Counted from the first letter of the stretch, positions 18,875 through 30,277 are shown. The stretch is DNA of 64,000 nt from Candidatus Poribacteria bacterium (GCA_965222225.1 CBDCTK010000002.1:4384001-4448000), one strand, 5' to 3'. Translations and numbers: made by a program. The notes: a model not told the origin generated them from the letters alone.

Positions 18875-18910
18875 GAGATCTCTATCGCGGTCGTTATTCA
18901 CTCCCTTGAT
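18875..18910 (+). repeat. 36-bp dispersed hairpin unit in a REP-like palindrome
   Basis: GAGATCTCTATCGCGGTCGTTATTCACTCCCTTGAT between CGGGGCAAG and CCCCGCCTAC. Confidence 0.85.
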
Positions 18911-19148
18911 CCCCGCCTACGGGATTGGTATTGCGCGGCTTTCAGTTCAACCCAACCGTTTTACGTATGTACAAAGTCAAGCTTACAGAGTTCGCTATTT
19001 GTAGAAAACAGACATTCCTATGGTCGTGAATCGGAGTTCGCTCCTACAGGGAGTTACGCCAATTGAAATCGCATCTTCGATTTGACGATCCGCGAACCGA
19101 ACTGTGTGAGTCCCATATGTAAGATTTTCTGTTGGAGTGGCTATAAAT

Positions 19149-19514
19149 CTAATTCTCCTTGTTTTTGTTACTTCGGCGATTGCTTGCAGCGTTCTTGTGG
19201 TGGAGAAATTGATAAAACTCGAACATTGTCTCTTTGTCTTTTTCGGGTAGTTCGGTTATGCCTCTAAGCATCATGCCGACTTTGGGATCTGCCAATAGAT
19301 CGTCGTAACGATTGCGCGGCTTGCCAAATAGGTAGTCGGTCGTCACTTTCAGGGCGTCGGCTAAACTCGGAACTGTGTCAAATGCGGGCTTTCTTGCACC
19401 CGATTCAAATTGTGAAATCGCCGCGGGCGTAATATTAGCTGCCTTCGCAAGTCCTGTCTGCGTCAAGTTAAGTTCGCGACGACGTTTTCTAATCCGTGAA
19501 ACAACAGTTTCCAT
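19149..19514 (-). CDS. XRE-family HTH transcriptional regulator
   Basis: RIRKRRRELNLTQTGLA...AISQFESGARKP...LADALKVTTDYL. Confidence 0.88.
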   Translation of the reverse strand: METVVSRIRKRRRELNLTQTGLAKAANITPAAISQFESGARKPAFDTVPSLADALKVTTDYLFGKPRNRYDDLLADPKVGMMLRGITELPEKDKETMFEFYQFLHHKNAASNRRSNKNKEN

Positions 19515-19945
19515 CGGAAGTTCCTTTCGCGGAGAACATCAATCCATTCGTCCGCAATCGGACTTAATGCTAACGGATGTGATGTAAATTCAAACATGCC
19601 AACTTTTTCTTATTACAACGTTAAAATTGGGCAAACGATACGAGGAATTCGTACGGGGCCCACCCGCCACCGTGTTTATTCCTCAGCAAAAGTCAGTAGG
19701 TTTCAATAAACAAGCGTCCATGTGCTAGCATGCGAATGTTAGCCTCGCACCGCAGAGCGGTTTCAATAGTGCTCGGTGCGGGTTCAAATTTCTGACGGCG
19801 AGTCGAGATTTTCGCGCGGTCGATTCCGGTGGATTCTTCGTGGATGTAGTCTTTAGTCGACGGAGTCGAGAGGCATTGGTCGGCATGGTGTATTCGTCAA
19901 CAAAATGGTTTACACACCGTACTGCTCCTACAGATTGAGAATCTC

Positions 19946-20005
19946 ATCGGTCAAGGCTTGGATTTGTCAATCCAAGCCGAGCGGGAATAGTCATGGGTGT
20001 CTAAC
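19946..20005. repeat. GGCTTGGATTTGTCAATCCAAGCC palindromic repeat
   Basis: Near-identical copy around 62319-62378 and a related palindrome near 62144-62173. Confidence 0.7.
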
Positions 20006-20092
20006 ATCTTCCGTGCCAATGCGGCATGGGCTACAGTATTCGTCTTGAGTGGGCCTTTTGTGAAATCTTTGCGTGCCCATCACTTTTGTGTC

Positions 20093-20121
20093 TTGACAAG
20101 GCTTAACGACTATGATAAAAT
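20093..20121 (+). promoter_or_regulatory. sigma70-type promoter of the FtsX/OPT/PqqD operon
   Basis: TTGACA-17 bp-TAAAAT with TGn extension; GGAGG RBS before 20188. Confidence 0.7.
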
Positions 20122-20187
20122 CTGAATAACTCGGAAAAAGCGAATCAAAATCCTTACCGCGTTCAGAGTGTTTTTGGAGGAGGCTAG

Positions 20188-23100
20188 ATGGTCAGAGTAG
20201 CAACAGTTTGTGCAATGTTGTCATTTTGTTTATTAACCCTATTTGCCTTTGCGCCCGCCGGCGTTTCCGCTGATGGGCAGCAGACACTCGGACTCTTCGA
20301 GACAGCGGTGGAAATTCGTGGCGAAGTTTCTGTGGGCGGCATGCGGAAAGACATCGCTCGACTTTCCAGTCTCTCCACTCGAGTTACCGGCTATGACGAG
20401 GCAGCGAACGGTGCCAAATATGTTTTCGATCGTTTTGTTGAAATCGGCTTGCAAAATATTGAGGCACGCGGATTTGAAATAACCGTGCCGATTGACGCAG
20501 AGGATGGAAAACTTGAGTTACTCTCGCCGGATGGAACGGTTTCCAAGAGCGTCAAAATATCTCCCTGTTGGCCCAACCTCGTACGGACCTCCCTTCTCCC
20601 TAACGGAATCAAGCATCTTGTCAATTCCGATGAAACTCTCGAAGAGATTGCTCAATCCTACCAAGTCGACGTTCAATCTATATTCACCAATCCCCACAAT
20701 CAGTATCTACAAGATCAGGGTGCTGACGGTCGTGACAATGACAGTGACGGCGACATTGATGAAACAGGCGAATTTGCACTAATTGAGGGGAATACCGTTT
20801 TCGTTCCTACGGGCGGGTTAACGGCGCCGTTGCTATACGCTGGTGATGCCGAGCTTGTTGATTTTAACGGGTTGGATGTTGGTGGAATTTGGTACGATGT
20901 ACAACCCGGCGACACGCTCGAAAACATCTCGCACCGGTTCCGAGTGAGTCGAGGAAGCATTACCGATGACGTTTTGAATGGTCACCTCCAGAAGACGGAA
21001 GACGGAATTGACAATGACGAAGACACAGAAGTCGACGAATATGGAGAAATTCCGCCGCTTGAAGAAATCGTCCGTTGGGGCAACGACGGGATTGATAATG
21101 ACGGTGACGGGTACGCGGACGAGGTCCCCGGTGATGACGAAGACGCTATAGACAATAATAGAGACGGGCAAATCGATGAGCCGGGCGAGTTTGTGGCAGC
21201 TGGTGAATCCAGCATCTTTATTCCACAAGGCAGTATTGTCCTAGTCGACTTTAATTCTGGCACCCGCTGGATTAACGCCGCGATGTTGGGAGCCAAAGCG
21301 GTGATTTTCATCGAACCGGAGGCCACTATCCGCGGTGAAGCAGAGAACAAATTCCTGACTGTTCCTGCCAATATACCTCGCTTTTGGATTTCCAAGGAGG
21401 ACGCAGAGGAACTCAAAGCGATGATGGCGCAGGAAAATATCTCCGCTCGATTAACCTGTACCATGACTTGGCAACGCCGTATTGGCCAGAATATCCGCGG
21501 CTTCCTTGAAGGCAACGACCCCGTATTAAAAGACGAATTAATAGTCCTTACCGCTTACTACGATTCAATGTCTATCGTTCCCGCGATGGCTCCCGGTGCC
21601 GATCCGACGGGCGGCATTGCCGCACTGCTTGAATTGGCGCGTATATTCAGCAACGAAGAATTCCGCCCCGGACGTTCCATGCTATTTGTTGCGACCGATG
21701 GACACTTCCAAGGCTTGGCCGGTATGCGGTCTTTCATGGAGGGAATTGGCCAAGATACCGTCGGCGGTGCTACGGATTCGCCGGGGACTCCCACGATGCA
21801 TGGTCTACGGCGCGGGCTGTCCGCAGACCTCTTTGAATTTCAGGAACTAGGGCGGAAGTTGTTACTCTCCATTGACCGGAGCGTTTTGGTCGACTTGCCT
21901 CCGGATTTCTATTACGATGTCCACAAAATTGATGCAGACCTTGATTCACTGGCGACAACCCTGGCGGCTCTGTCCGACACTCGGGGGAAAATCAGTTCTC
22001 TCCGTGATGCCCAGCGCGACTTCAAAGAGAAACAGAAGAAGAAAATTGAAACAACGAAGAAACGTGAGAAACAGGGATTTACCGCGGAGGAAAAGTCGCG
22101 TCTTGAAACAAATCTGACTTCGTTCAAAAAAGATTCCTTGCAAACAACTCACTTTCTGCGAGACCTCGTAATACGGGTAGATCGACTTCGTTCACAGGCC
22201 TTGAAGGAATCTCGGAAAGCCCAGCGGGAGTTGCTTGAAAATATGGCACTACCTATGGCGCATCTGGACATTTGGGCGCTTCGGCAGCTGAGAAACGACC
22301 TTGAGGCAAAGCGGATTGCGGACAGTTTTTCGCGAGAACCCTCAGAATCCTACGTTTTGCCTAGAATGGTGGGCGACGGGTACGAAATTCCAATCGATGC
22401 CGAAGCCGGGGATACGCACCTCGGGGAGCAAGTCAAGATTCTATCAGAGTATCTTGAAAACTGGGAACTGGGCGATTCGCGAAAATTTGCACTCCAATTT
22501 ACTCCGGAAAAATTGCTTGACCGCCACCTAGATTTTCACGGTCTCCAGCGCATAAATAGATCTCGGAAGGTTGTCAATCGAGCCACTCAACCGTTGGCTA
22601 ACTATATCGCCCTTGAGCAACAGATGCTTGAACGCGCATTGGCGAAAATTCCCGAAAGCAGTGACGCTGAAAACCTAATTAAATCAGCAATTACAAAACT
22701 TGCTACCGACCCGTCATACTATCCACCGTCTATTGTTTCAGAACTAAAACAATATTTAAGTCAACCGTCCGTTGAGCGCTTGGATCACACACAGACCGGG
22801 CTTCAGCAAAAGCTCAGAGAAGCCAAAACGACCGAAACAGATGATGCCTCGCATGCGATTCTAGTCGCGGACTTCGTCAAGGACAAACAGTCCATCTTTG
22901 AGGCGGCACTGCGAAATGCGCGATTGGAGAGGAACCGGATCCGGAATTTACTGCGAAATCACGGGGAACTGGTTCGTGTGTATCTCGCAGAAGAGGAACT
23001 GGTGCTTCGTCACTATTTATCGAAGAATGAAGTGGATCAGGCGGTTGAAGCGCGTTCTCAAATCTTTGCCCACTTGTCCGAAGAGATGCTTCTTTCTTAC

Positions 23101-26100
23101 GTGCAGAGGAAGGCTGCGAATGACGTTGTTGAACTAAACAACCTTTTGAACCGATTGGATACGCTTGATCGTGACCTGAGCGAGGAAACAAAGATTCTTC
23201 TGCGCGACAACATGCTCACGCTCAGGAATTCCCGATTTCGTAACCTTCAAAGTCGCATCGAAAAGATAACCCGAATCAGTAAGTTCGAGTACAACCGCAA
23301 GATTTCCCAGATGGAGCAATCCATAACCCTTCAAGATCTCTTCAATCGTTACTACACTTCCCTATTCATCTCAATAGACCTTTCTACCCAGAGCGACAAA
23401 TTCGGTGTTTTCAATAAAGGTTGGTTCTACAATCAACAGCCTGAATTTGTTCTGCGACGAGAGTTTGCGTCCATCGGCAACAAACTCGCCGAGTATGCGG
23501 AAGACGCGGATTTCGGCGCGCGCGTCCGGAATCTGTGGACTTTCACCGATGATCAGATTCGTCAAGGCGTCCTGAACAATCAGTGGACTGTTGCGGGAAC
23601 AATTGAATCCAAAGCGGCGGTTGAAGGCAAGACGCTGGAGACGCTCATCAGTGAGCACTTTGACACGTTCACGGCGCTTTCCGGAGTATCGCGCTTGATG
23701 AAGTTGCAGTTTGAGCAGATGCGAGATCGCGGGGAACCGTCCGAGGATATGGTCAAGGATATGGACTACATTCGCCAGGAGGTAGAGCGATTTATCCGCA
23801 ACGATGTTCGGACGGCGAGAAAGGATCGAAAAAATAGCATCCGATTGTTGAATCGGCTTAACGCAATGCTGCAACTCAGGTGCGAAGATGCTTCAACGTT
23901 ATCGCAGGATGAGATTGAAGACATTAAGACCCTAATTGGACTCGTAGGTCTCGGCGGGGAGACAAACTTCGTGAATGCAATCTCTGCTAGCGGCGGAAAA
24001 ACTTGGCAGACTTACATACCCGGCAAGATAGCTTTTGACAGCGAAGTTGCCACGTTGACCGGCAAAACGGGTATTGCCATTGCCACCGTGGAAGATGCGC
24101 GTATCCTCACTGATACCCCCTTGGATACAATCGATCGAATGCATGTAGAGGAAGATGGGAATCTGCACCAACAGGTCAAAACACTGGCGGCCATATTGGT
24201 ACAAGCGATGCGCGACCCGAAGATGCCAACAGCCGCGAAGGTCGGAAACTTTTACTGTAATCTATTCGGCGATGTAGTAGAGTTTGATGCGCGTGAGAGC
24301 GCTCTGCCCAATAAACCGGTTCCTTATCCGATCTTGACATTGCGACGTAAGCACAAAACGATGATGGGGGTAAGAGGCGACCTATTCACCATGGGAGACA
24401 ACAAGGGGAACTTTGAGGTCGCCGGACTGGCAATGGAGGGGCGTGCGACGAATCGAATCGCGGGTACGCAGGAGGTAGAGGCATATCTTCTTGATCCCGA
24501 TTCCGGGGACATTGTTTACGCGCCGGACCTTGGCAACTACGGAGCCAAGTTACTGCCCAATAAAGTGCCGATTGACACTCGCCGCCGCGGTTGCCGCGTC
24601 GTGGTGTTTCCTTGTGTTTCAACAACGATTTACGATTTAGTCGATCAACGCTATCTGCGCACCTTACGTGAACTTCAAGTCTACGAAGCCACATCGGATA
24701 GCGCTCCGGAGAAATATGGGATTTCCAAACCTTGGCAGCAGGAGGGCGTTTCCGCTGCCGAACCAATTGCGCTCGTCTATTCCGAGCCACATGAACGCAT
24801 CAAAATCGGTATGGCGTATGGGCAGATTGGGAAACGCTTGTTATTGATTAAAGCGACAAAAAGCGGGATGAAAAATCCGACGCTATACACGGGTGAGGGT
24901 TTCGTTGTACGAGAGAACGGCAGCATTCGGGTGACGCCTTACGTCGTTGTGCGGGATATGTGGTGGCTTGATGAGAATCGATCGCGCCTCTACAAGCGGT
25001 TCGGCATTTCGAGCGATAGACTTGACAAGCTTCACGAATTTGCCCACGAATATCTCGAGCAGGCAGAGTTGGCGCTCCAGCAGAAGGACTATCAGCAGGC
25101 GTTGAAACTCGCTCGTGCGGCGTGGGGCTATGAATCCCGCGCTTATCCCGATGTAAAGAAGACCGGTAACGATGTGGTTAGTGGCGTGATGTTCTACCTC
25201 GCACTCCTGATTCCGTTCGCCTATTTCTTGGAACGTTTGCTATTTGCCTCCCCAAGCGTGAATAAACAGATTATGTGGACAGGGGTTATCTTCCTAACCG
25301 TCTTTTTCTTCCTCTCTCGGGTGCATCCCGCCTTCCAAATTACGACCACCCCGATAATCATATTGGTTGCCTTTATCGTGCTTGCTCTAACAGTGATTGT
25401 TATCTCAATCATCATCCGCAAGTTTGAGGAGCAACTTGAGAAGATTAAACAGGAAGGCAGCAACGTATATAAGGCTGATGTGGGAAGGTTATCGGCATCA
25501 GCGGCGGCGTTCAGCCTCGGAATTTCGAATATGAGGAAGAGGGGCGGACGGACAATCTTGACGTGCGTGACATTGGTCATTCTGACGTTCACCGTTATCT
25601 CATTCACGTCGGTCCGAACCTTTATGCACCCTAACAAGACTAGCCTGCCTGCCGTCACACCACGTTATACCGGATTGTTGATTCGTGACCAATATTGGCG
25701 TCCACTAGAGGAGCCCGTATTAACTTCCGTCATGAACGACATGCGCAAGACTAAGATACCCGAGAAAGATGCACGGCTTCTGTTCAAGAGGAGAGGAAAG
25801 ACCGATGCCGAGATTGATTCGCTTTTGGATTCATATATTGAGACGGCTGAGGAGTCCCCGAAGCTTGGGGCGGCCTCGGGCAGTGCGACAACTATACGAG
25901 CATCTGTTGCGGGAAGCCAGCGGCGGGAAGTTGCGGCGTCTACGAGTGTGGGCGAGCGCTCACGATTTTTCGCCGTTCACAATGTAGTAGCACCCCGCGC
26001 ATGGTATCAATCTTCCGGTACAGGCGACCAATCGTTCGTGCAGTTGACGCGCACACCAAATCCGGCGGATCCTGTGCCACCGCTAGATCCGAAGACCGGT

Positions 26101-27624
26101 CAACTATTGCCCTACGCTGCGAGCATGCTCATTGGAATGACACCTAACGAGCCTGCTGCCACGGGTATTGATTTGCACCTTCAATATGGCAAATGGTTTA
26201 ATCCAATGGATGAAGATTCTTGGCCCACCTCTTGGCCCTATGCCTGCGTGCTGCCCAAAGGGATAGCGGATGTATTGAAGATAACGGAGACTGATGTAGG
26301 TAAAGCAACGGTTTCCGTCTACGGCGCCAATTTCACCGTTGTCGGAGTGCTTGGTATCGGATTCAAGGATTTGACCGATAACGATGGCGAAGAGATGACA
26401 CCGGTCGATTACCAACTGATGCAACAGCAACAATCTCGCGGCGCCCAAGGGGACCAGACTCTAGAGGGTGAGTTGCAGAAGTATCTCCATTTAGTGCCGG
26501 ACAGCATCGCTATTCTACCCTATGAAGTGGTCATGAATCAGGGCGGTACGCTAAGAAGCGTTGCTGTCAATATGGACCCCTTCGAAGGCGATTCGAACAT
26601 CTTTAGCGGGATCGATAAACTCGATTTGATAATGTCCCCTCTGATGAATCGAGTTGCGCTTGACTTCTTCGTTGGTCGTGATAGAGATACGTACCTGTAC
26701 AGCTCAATCGGCATGACCTCCTTTAGCGGAATGGGAAACTTGTTCATACCTATTCTCATCGCGGCGTTGATTGTGCTGAATACGATGCTCGGAGCTGTCT
26801 ACGAACGCGTGAGGGAAATCGCGATTTATAGTTCTGTCGGGCTTGCACCCGTTCATATCGCCTTCCTTTTCCTCGCGGAAGCTTGCGTTTATGCAATCAT
26901 CGGAGCCGTTTTAGGTTACCTTTTGGGGCAAGCTACGGCTACGGTCATGGTTAATTTTGGATGGCTCGCCGGTTTGACTTTGAACTATTCCTCTATGTCA
27001 ACGGTGGTCGCAACTATCATTGTGATGATCGTGGTCATCGGAAGTACGCTTTATCCAGCAATCAAAGCGTCCCGCATGGCGGTTCCCGATATCGAGCGTA
27101 AGTGGAAATTACCGGAGCCTGAGGGGGACGAATGGCACTTCAATCTTCCGTTTACCGTTTTGTCCGAGGAATCACTTGGCTTGAATGTTTTCATGCGAGA
27201 CTATTTCGATGCACATGCGGATGAATCCGCGAGCGACTTTTACACTGATCAGGTTACCTTCAACCAAACGAGCGAGGGAGGAAATGGCGAAGAGGAAGGT
27301 TCCTATTCGATCGGCATGATGGTTTGGCTCGCCCCCTACGATCTAGGTGTCAGCCAATCGATACGATTTATCACTTCCCCGGTAGGCGGAGAAGAGGAGG
27401 ATTTATACAATATTACGCTTGATGTGCATCGGGAAAGCGGTGAAATCGCTTCATGGAAACGAGTTAACCGTCGTTTCTTGAATCTCGTGCGGAAACAACT
27501 CCTAATATGGCGGACGTTCAGTGCCGATATTCGCGGAGAGTTTCATGAACGTGGTCGTCAAGAACGCGAAGCGAATGAAGGCGCTACTGGTGTTCCAGAA
27601 CTAGCACCCCAACCGGCTAATTAA
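20188..27624 (+). CDS. Giant FtsX-like ABC permease fused to M28-peptidase-like/PA, LysM and acidic repeat domains
   Basis: Signal peptide; two LysM-like motifs; DGIDNDGDG repeats; LTAYYDS...APGAD..GGIAALLELAR; long helical insert; TM block plus 'ISNMRKRGGRTILT' and 'VYERVREIAIYSSVGLAP' FtsX motifs. Confidence 0.85.
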   Translation: MVRVATVCAMLSFCLLTLFAFAPAGVSADGQQTLGLFETAVEIRGEVSVGGMRKDIARLSSLSTRVTGYDEAANGAKYVFDRFVEIGLQNIEARGFEITVPIDAEDGKLELLSPDGTVSKSVKISPCWPNLVRTSLLPNGIKHLVNSDETLEEIAQSYQVDVQSIFTNPHNQYLQDQGADGRDNDSDGDIDETGEFALIEGNTVFVPTGGLTAPLLYAGDAELVDFNGLDVGGIWYDVQPGDTLENISHRFRVSRGSITDDVLNGHLQKTEDGIDNDEDTEVDEYGEIPPLEEIVRWGNDGIDNDGDGYADEVPGDDEDAIDNNRDGQIDEPGEFVAAGESSIFIPQGSIVLVDFNSGTRWINAAMLGAKAVIFIEPEATIRGEAENKFLTVPANIPRFWISKEDAEELKAMMAQENISARLTCTMTWQRRIGQNIRGFLEGNDPVLKDELIVLTAYYDSMSIVPAMAPGADPTGGIAALLELARIFSNEEFRPGRSMLFVATDGHFQGLAGMRSFMEGIGQDTVGGATDSPGTPTMHGLRRGLSADLFEFQELGRKLLLSIDRSVLVDLPPDFYYDVHKIDADLDSLATTLAALSDTRGKISSLRDAQRDFKEKQKKKIETTKKREKQGFTAEEKSRLETNLTSFKKDSLQTTHFLRDLVIRVDRLRSQALKESRKAQRELLENMALPMAHLDIWALRQLRNDLEAKRIADSFSREPSESYVLPRMVGDGYEIPIDAEAGDTHLGEQVKILSEYLENWELGDSRKFALQFTPEKLLDRHLDFHGLQRINRSRKVVNRATQPLANYIALEQQMLERALAKIPESSDAENLIKSAITKLATDPSYYPPSIVSELKQYLSQPSVERLDHTQTGLQQKLREAKTTETDDASHAILVADFVKDKQSIFEAALRNARLERNRIRNLLRNHGELVRVYLAEEELVLRHYLSKNEVDQAVEARSQIFAHLSEEMLLSYVQRKAANDVVELNNLLNRLDTLDRDLSEETKILLRDNMLTLRNSRFRNLQSRIEKITRISKFEYNRKISQMEQSITLQDLFNRYYTSLFISIDLSTQSDKFGVFNKGWFYNQQPEFVLRREFASIGNKLAEYAEDADFGARVRNLWTFTDDQIRQGVLNNQWTVAGTIESKAAVEGKTLETLISEHFDTFTALSGVSRLMKLQFEQMRDRGEPSEDMVKDMDYIRQEVERFIRNDVRTARKDRKNSIRLLNRLNAMLQLRCEDASTLSQDEIEDIKTLIGLVGLGGETNFVNAISASGGKTWQTYIPGKIAFDSEVATLTGKTGIAIATVEDARILTDTPLDTIDRMHVEEDGNLHQQVKTLAAILVQAMRDPKMPTAAKVGNFYCNLFGDVVEFDARESALPNKPVPYPILTLRRKHKTMMGVRGDLFTMGDNKGNFEVAGLAMEGRATNRIAGTQEVEAYLLDPDSGDIVYAPDLGNYGAKLLPNKVPIDTRRRGCRVVVFPCVSTTIYDLVDQRYLRTLRELQVYEATSDSAPEKYGISKPWQQEGVSAAEPIALVYSEPHERIKIGMAYGQIGKRLLLIKATKSGMKNPTLYTGEGFVVRENGSIRVTPYVVVRDMWWLDENRSRLYKRFGISSDRLDKLHEFAHEYLEQAELALQQKDYQQALKLARAAWGYESRAYPDVKKTGNDVVSGVMFYLALLIPFAYFLERLLFASPSVNKQIMWTGVIFLTVFFFLSRVHPAFQITTTPIIILVAFIVLALTVIVISIIIRKFEEQLEKIKQEGSNVYKADVGRLSASAAAFSLGISNMRKRGGRTILTCVTLVILTFTVISFTSVRTFMHPNKTSLPAVTPRYTGLLIRDQYWRPLEEPVLTSVMNDMRKTKIPEKDARLLFKRRGKTDAEIDSLLDSYIETAEESPKLGAASGSATTIRASVAGSQRREVAASTSVGERSRFFAVHNVVAPRAWYQSSGTGDQSFVQLTRTPNPADPVPPLDPKTGQLLPYAASMLIGMTPNEPAATGIDLHLQYGKWFNPMDEDSWPTSWPYACVLPKGIADVLKITETDVGKATVSVYGANFTVVGVLGIGFKDLTDNDGEEMTPVDYQLMQQQQSRGAQGDQTLEGELQKYLHLVPDSIAILPYEVVMNQGGTLRSVAVNMDPFEGDSNIFSGIDKLDLIMSPLMNRVALDFFVGRDRDTYLYSSIGMTSFSGMGNLFIPILIAALIVLNTMLGAVYERVREIAIYSSVGLAPVHIAFLFLAEACVYAIIGAVLGYLLGQATATVMVNFGWLAGLTLNYSSMSTVVATIIVMIVVIGSTLYPAIKASRMAVPDIERKWKLPEPEGDEWHFNLPFTVLSEESLGLNVFMRDYFDAHADESASDFYTDQVTFNQTSEGGNGEEEGSYSIGMMVWLAPYDLGVSQSIRFITSPVGGEEEDLYNITLDVHRESGEIASWKRVNRRFLNLVRKQLLIWRTFSADIRGEFHERGRQEREANEGATGVPELAPQPAN

Positions 27625-27679
27625 GAGCGTTTAGTTTTAGGAGGGATTGGGCTGCTTTCAAAGGGGGATTTCGAGAGTT

Positions 27680-27856
27680 ATGGAAAGGTTGATAAGCTTC
27701 ATTATCATTGTTGGGGCTCTTATATGGCTTGCCGCAGTGCTTTTCATGGAGGCACGGTGGCAATGGCAGATATTTTCCGCGGCGATAGTGATTGTCGGCA
27801 TTATCGCTGCCCACATATGGGAGGGAGGTTCCCAGAACAAAGACGAAGAGGAATAA
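27680..27856 (+). CDS. Small two-TM membrane protein
   Basis: MERLISFIIIVGALIWLAAVLF...IFSAAIVIVGIIAAHIW with an acidic tail, in operon orientation. Confidence 0.7.
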   Translation: MERLISFIIIVGALIWLAAVLFMEARWQWQIFSAAIVIVGIIAAHIWEGGSQNKDEEE

Positions 27857-28107
27857 CATAGAACACGCTGACTGCAACGTGTAACGGAGTTGTGGTCTTG
27901 AGCCGCTAAGTCGGCTATAGAGATGTGGATTCGCTCTAAACCGAGAAAGGCAGGTCTCCCTACGGCGCCGTAAGAGGCAATGGCCAACACGGCAATTCAG
28001 GTAGGCAACGATGCTGATGGACTGAGAGAAGTCGTTAATTCTCCGAAGGGCGGATCGGTTTGTTTTGTATGGCTTGGTCAAGCTAAACAGAAAGGAGAAC
28101 ACTACAT

Positions 28108-30099
28108 TTGGCGAGAGAGAGAGTATCTCAAGCAGACGAGTGGCAGGCTTGGGCGCAGCGGTATGATATTGATGGCGGAATCAGAACCTTTGAATCGGGG
28201 TTGACGTTAAAGGTCTTCATAGGCGCGATTTTTGTCGGGCTGCTGATGATGCCGGGGTCGATTTATCTTAGCTACGTATCCGGACAATCGGGCGCGGGGG
28301 CAGCGCCGTGGGTGGCTGTCATTCTGTTTACGGAATTGGCACGTCGTTCGTTTACGACCGCTCGGCGGCAAGAACTGTATATGCTGCTTGGATTAACCGG
28401 GGCTGCCGTTGGAGCCGGCACTCAGTATCGTGGTTTCATTTGGTACGCCTATTTTATCAATACCCCGCAAGCGGAATCATATGAGATTGCAGACAAGATT
28501 CCCTTCTGGATCGCGCCAGGGAGAGATTCAATTGCCATTGCCGAGAGAACGCTTTTGCACATGGATTGGTTCTGGCCCATCGCCTTCTTCCTAATATTCA
28601 AACTGCTAGGAACTATCCGCGGTATCAGCGCCGGTTACATTCTCTTTCGCCTCACCGCCGATCTGGAGCGGCTGCCCTTTCCGTTGGCTCCCATAGATGC
28701 ACAGGGCGCCACGGCATTGGCTGAAACGACCGGAAGAACCGAAACTTGGCGCTGGCGCGTGTTTTCAATCGGATCGGTGGCGGGTCTGATATGGGGATTC
28801 ATCTATATCGGTGTACCGTCTCTTACCGGCGTCATGATGACGACACCGATTCAGATCCTGAAAATCCCATTCATTGACTTTACTCCTAGCATCGAAGGTT
28901 TTGCCCCAACAGGGGTGTTTGCGCTTTCAACGGATTTCGGACAGATGCTCGTGGGGTTTGTGATGCCGTTCCCGATAATTATGTCGGAATTTATTACCGC
29001 GATGTTAACTCAGTTCATCGTGAATCCACAGATTCTGTACCGTTTTGAGGTACTCCATCAGTGGAAATCGGGACTTGATGTGCGCGGTGTCGGGCTGTTT
29101 AACGGACTCGACTTCTGGATAAGTTACGGTATGGGCAAGTCCTTCAGTTTCGCGATCGTCGGAATGGCGGCATCTATCCCGATGCTGATTAAATTCAGGA
29201 AGTCACAACCTCAGAAGGCGGGGCAGCGCGGTTCACTCCGTCCGCCGCCCGGACGCGGAGATTTTCCAATCTGGTTGATGGGAATCTTCTGGCTCTTTGG
29301 TATGGTGACGTTCGTGGCGTTGGTGCACTGGATGGTTCCAAACTTTCCGCTGATGTTCCTCCTCGGATTTGCTTTCTTGTACACCCCGCTTAATTCCTAC
29401 ATCACTGCCCGCACATTCGGAATTTTAGGACGCGATTTGTTTGAAATCCCTTATATCCATGAGGCTACGTTTATCCTCAGCCGCTACGAGGAGATTGACA
29501 TCTGGTTCGTTCCACTACCCGACGAAGACTACGGGCGCGGAACACAAGGTTGGCGGGTGCTTGAGTTGACCGGGACGACCTTCACCAGTAACATCGCAGC
29601 TCAACTACTGATTATGCCGATCCTGCTAGTCTCGGGTATTGTTGTCTATCATTTCATCTGGAAGATTGCGCCGATACCCTCCTCGCAATATCCTTACGTA
29701 CAAACATGGTGGCCAATCCACGCTACCAATGAGGCGCTCTGGAAGACTTCGCTCCGCGATGGAAATAGTCAGATGTTACAGGCGATTCGGGGTGATTATG
29801 TCGCCGCCGGGTTCTCATCCACCCTTGCTTTATACGGGCTGTTGTGGGTGGCGAAGATGCCGAGTATGTGGTTCTACGGGATCGCGGGTGGAATCGGCGG
29901 CGACCCGGGTATGATGATACCCCGACTTCTCGGCGCGGTAATTGGTCGATTCTATATGATTAAACAGTTCGGGTTGAAGCGGTGGTTTATGTTCAATCCT
30001 GTTCTAGCTGCCGGCTTCGCCTGCGGAGTAGGCCTTATCGGCATGGCAACGGTGGCAATTGCTTTGGTTTCGAAAGCGGTGATTGTGAAACCGTTCTGA
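28108..30099 (+). CDS. OPT-superfamily-like polytopic transporter
   Basis: Many TM segments; 'LPFPLAPIDAQGATALAE'; AAGGAG RBS before TTG. Confidence 0.75.
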   Translation: MARERVSQADEWQAWAQRYDIDGGIRTFESGLTLKVFIGAIFVGLLMMPGSIYLSYVSGQSGAGAAPWVAVILFTELARRSFTTARRQELYMLLGLTGAAVGAGTQYRGFIWYAYFINTPQAESYEIADKIPFWIAPGRDSIAIAERTLLHMDWFWPIAFFLIFKLLGTIRGISAGYILFRLTADLERLPFPLAPIDAQGATALAETTGRTETWRWRVFSIGSVAGLIWGFIYIGVPSLTGVMMTTPIQILKIPFIDFTPSIEGFAPTGVFALSTDFGQMLVGFVMPFPIIMSEFITAMLTQFIVNPQILYRFEVLHQWKSGLDVRGVGLFNGLDFWISYGMGKSFSFAIVGMAASIPMLIKFRKSQPQKAGQRGSLRPPPGRGDFPIWLMGIFWLFGMVTFVALVHWMVPNFPLMFLLGFAFLYTPLNSYITARTFGILGRDLFEIPYIHEATFILSRYEEIDIWFVPLPDEDYGRGTQGWRVLELTGTTFTSNIAAQLLIMPILLVSGIVVYHFIWKIAPIPSSQYPYVQTWWPIHATNEALWKTSLRDGNSQMLQAIRGDYVAAGFSSTLALYGLLWVAKMPSMWFYGIAGGIGGDPGMMIPRLLGAVIGRFYMIKQFGLKRWFMFNPVLAAGFACGVGLIGMATVAIALVSKAVIVKPF

Positions 30100-30277
30100 T
30101 GCACTTTCATGAGCGGAGAAAACGGGTTTTTTTTGAAGGTTCGGGTTCTTTAGCTCGACTTTGTACATCTAAGCGGGATAACGGACAGTGTCAATCAAGC
30201 ATTGAAGAGAAGCAGGGACATTTTGATTATCTGGCTTATTTGATTGACCGCGGTTTCTTATACCCATACAACCTGTG

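Noticed and set aside
27680-27856. Small ORF as a RiPP precursor for the PqqD protein
   Set aside because: It looks like a two-helix membrane protein, and no modifying enzyme is nearby.
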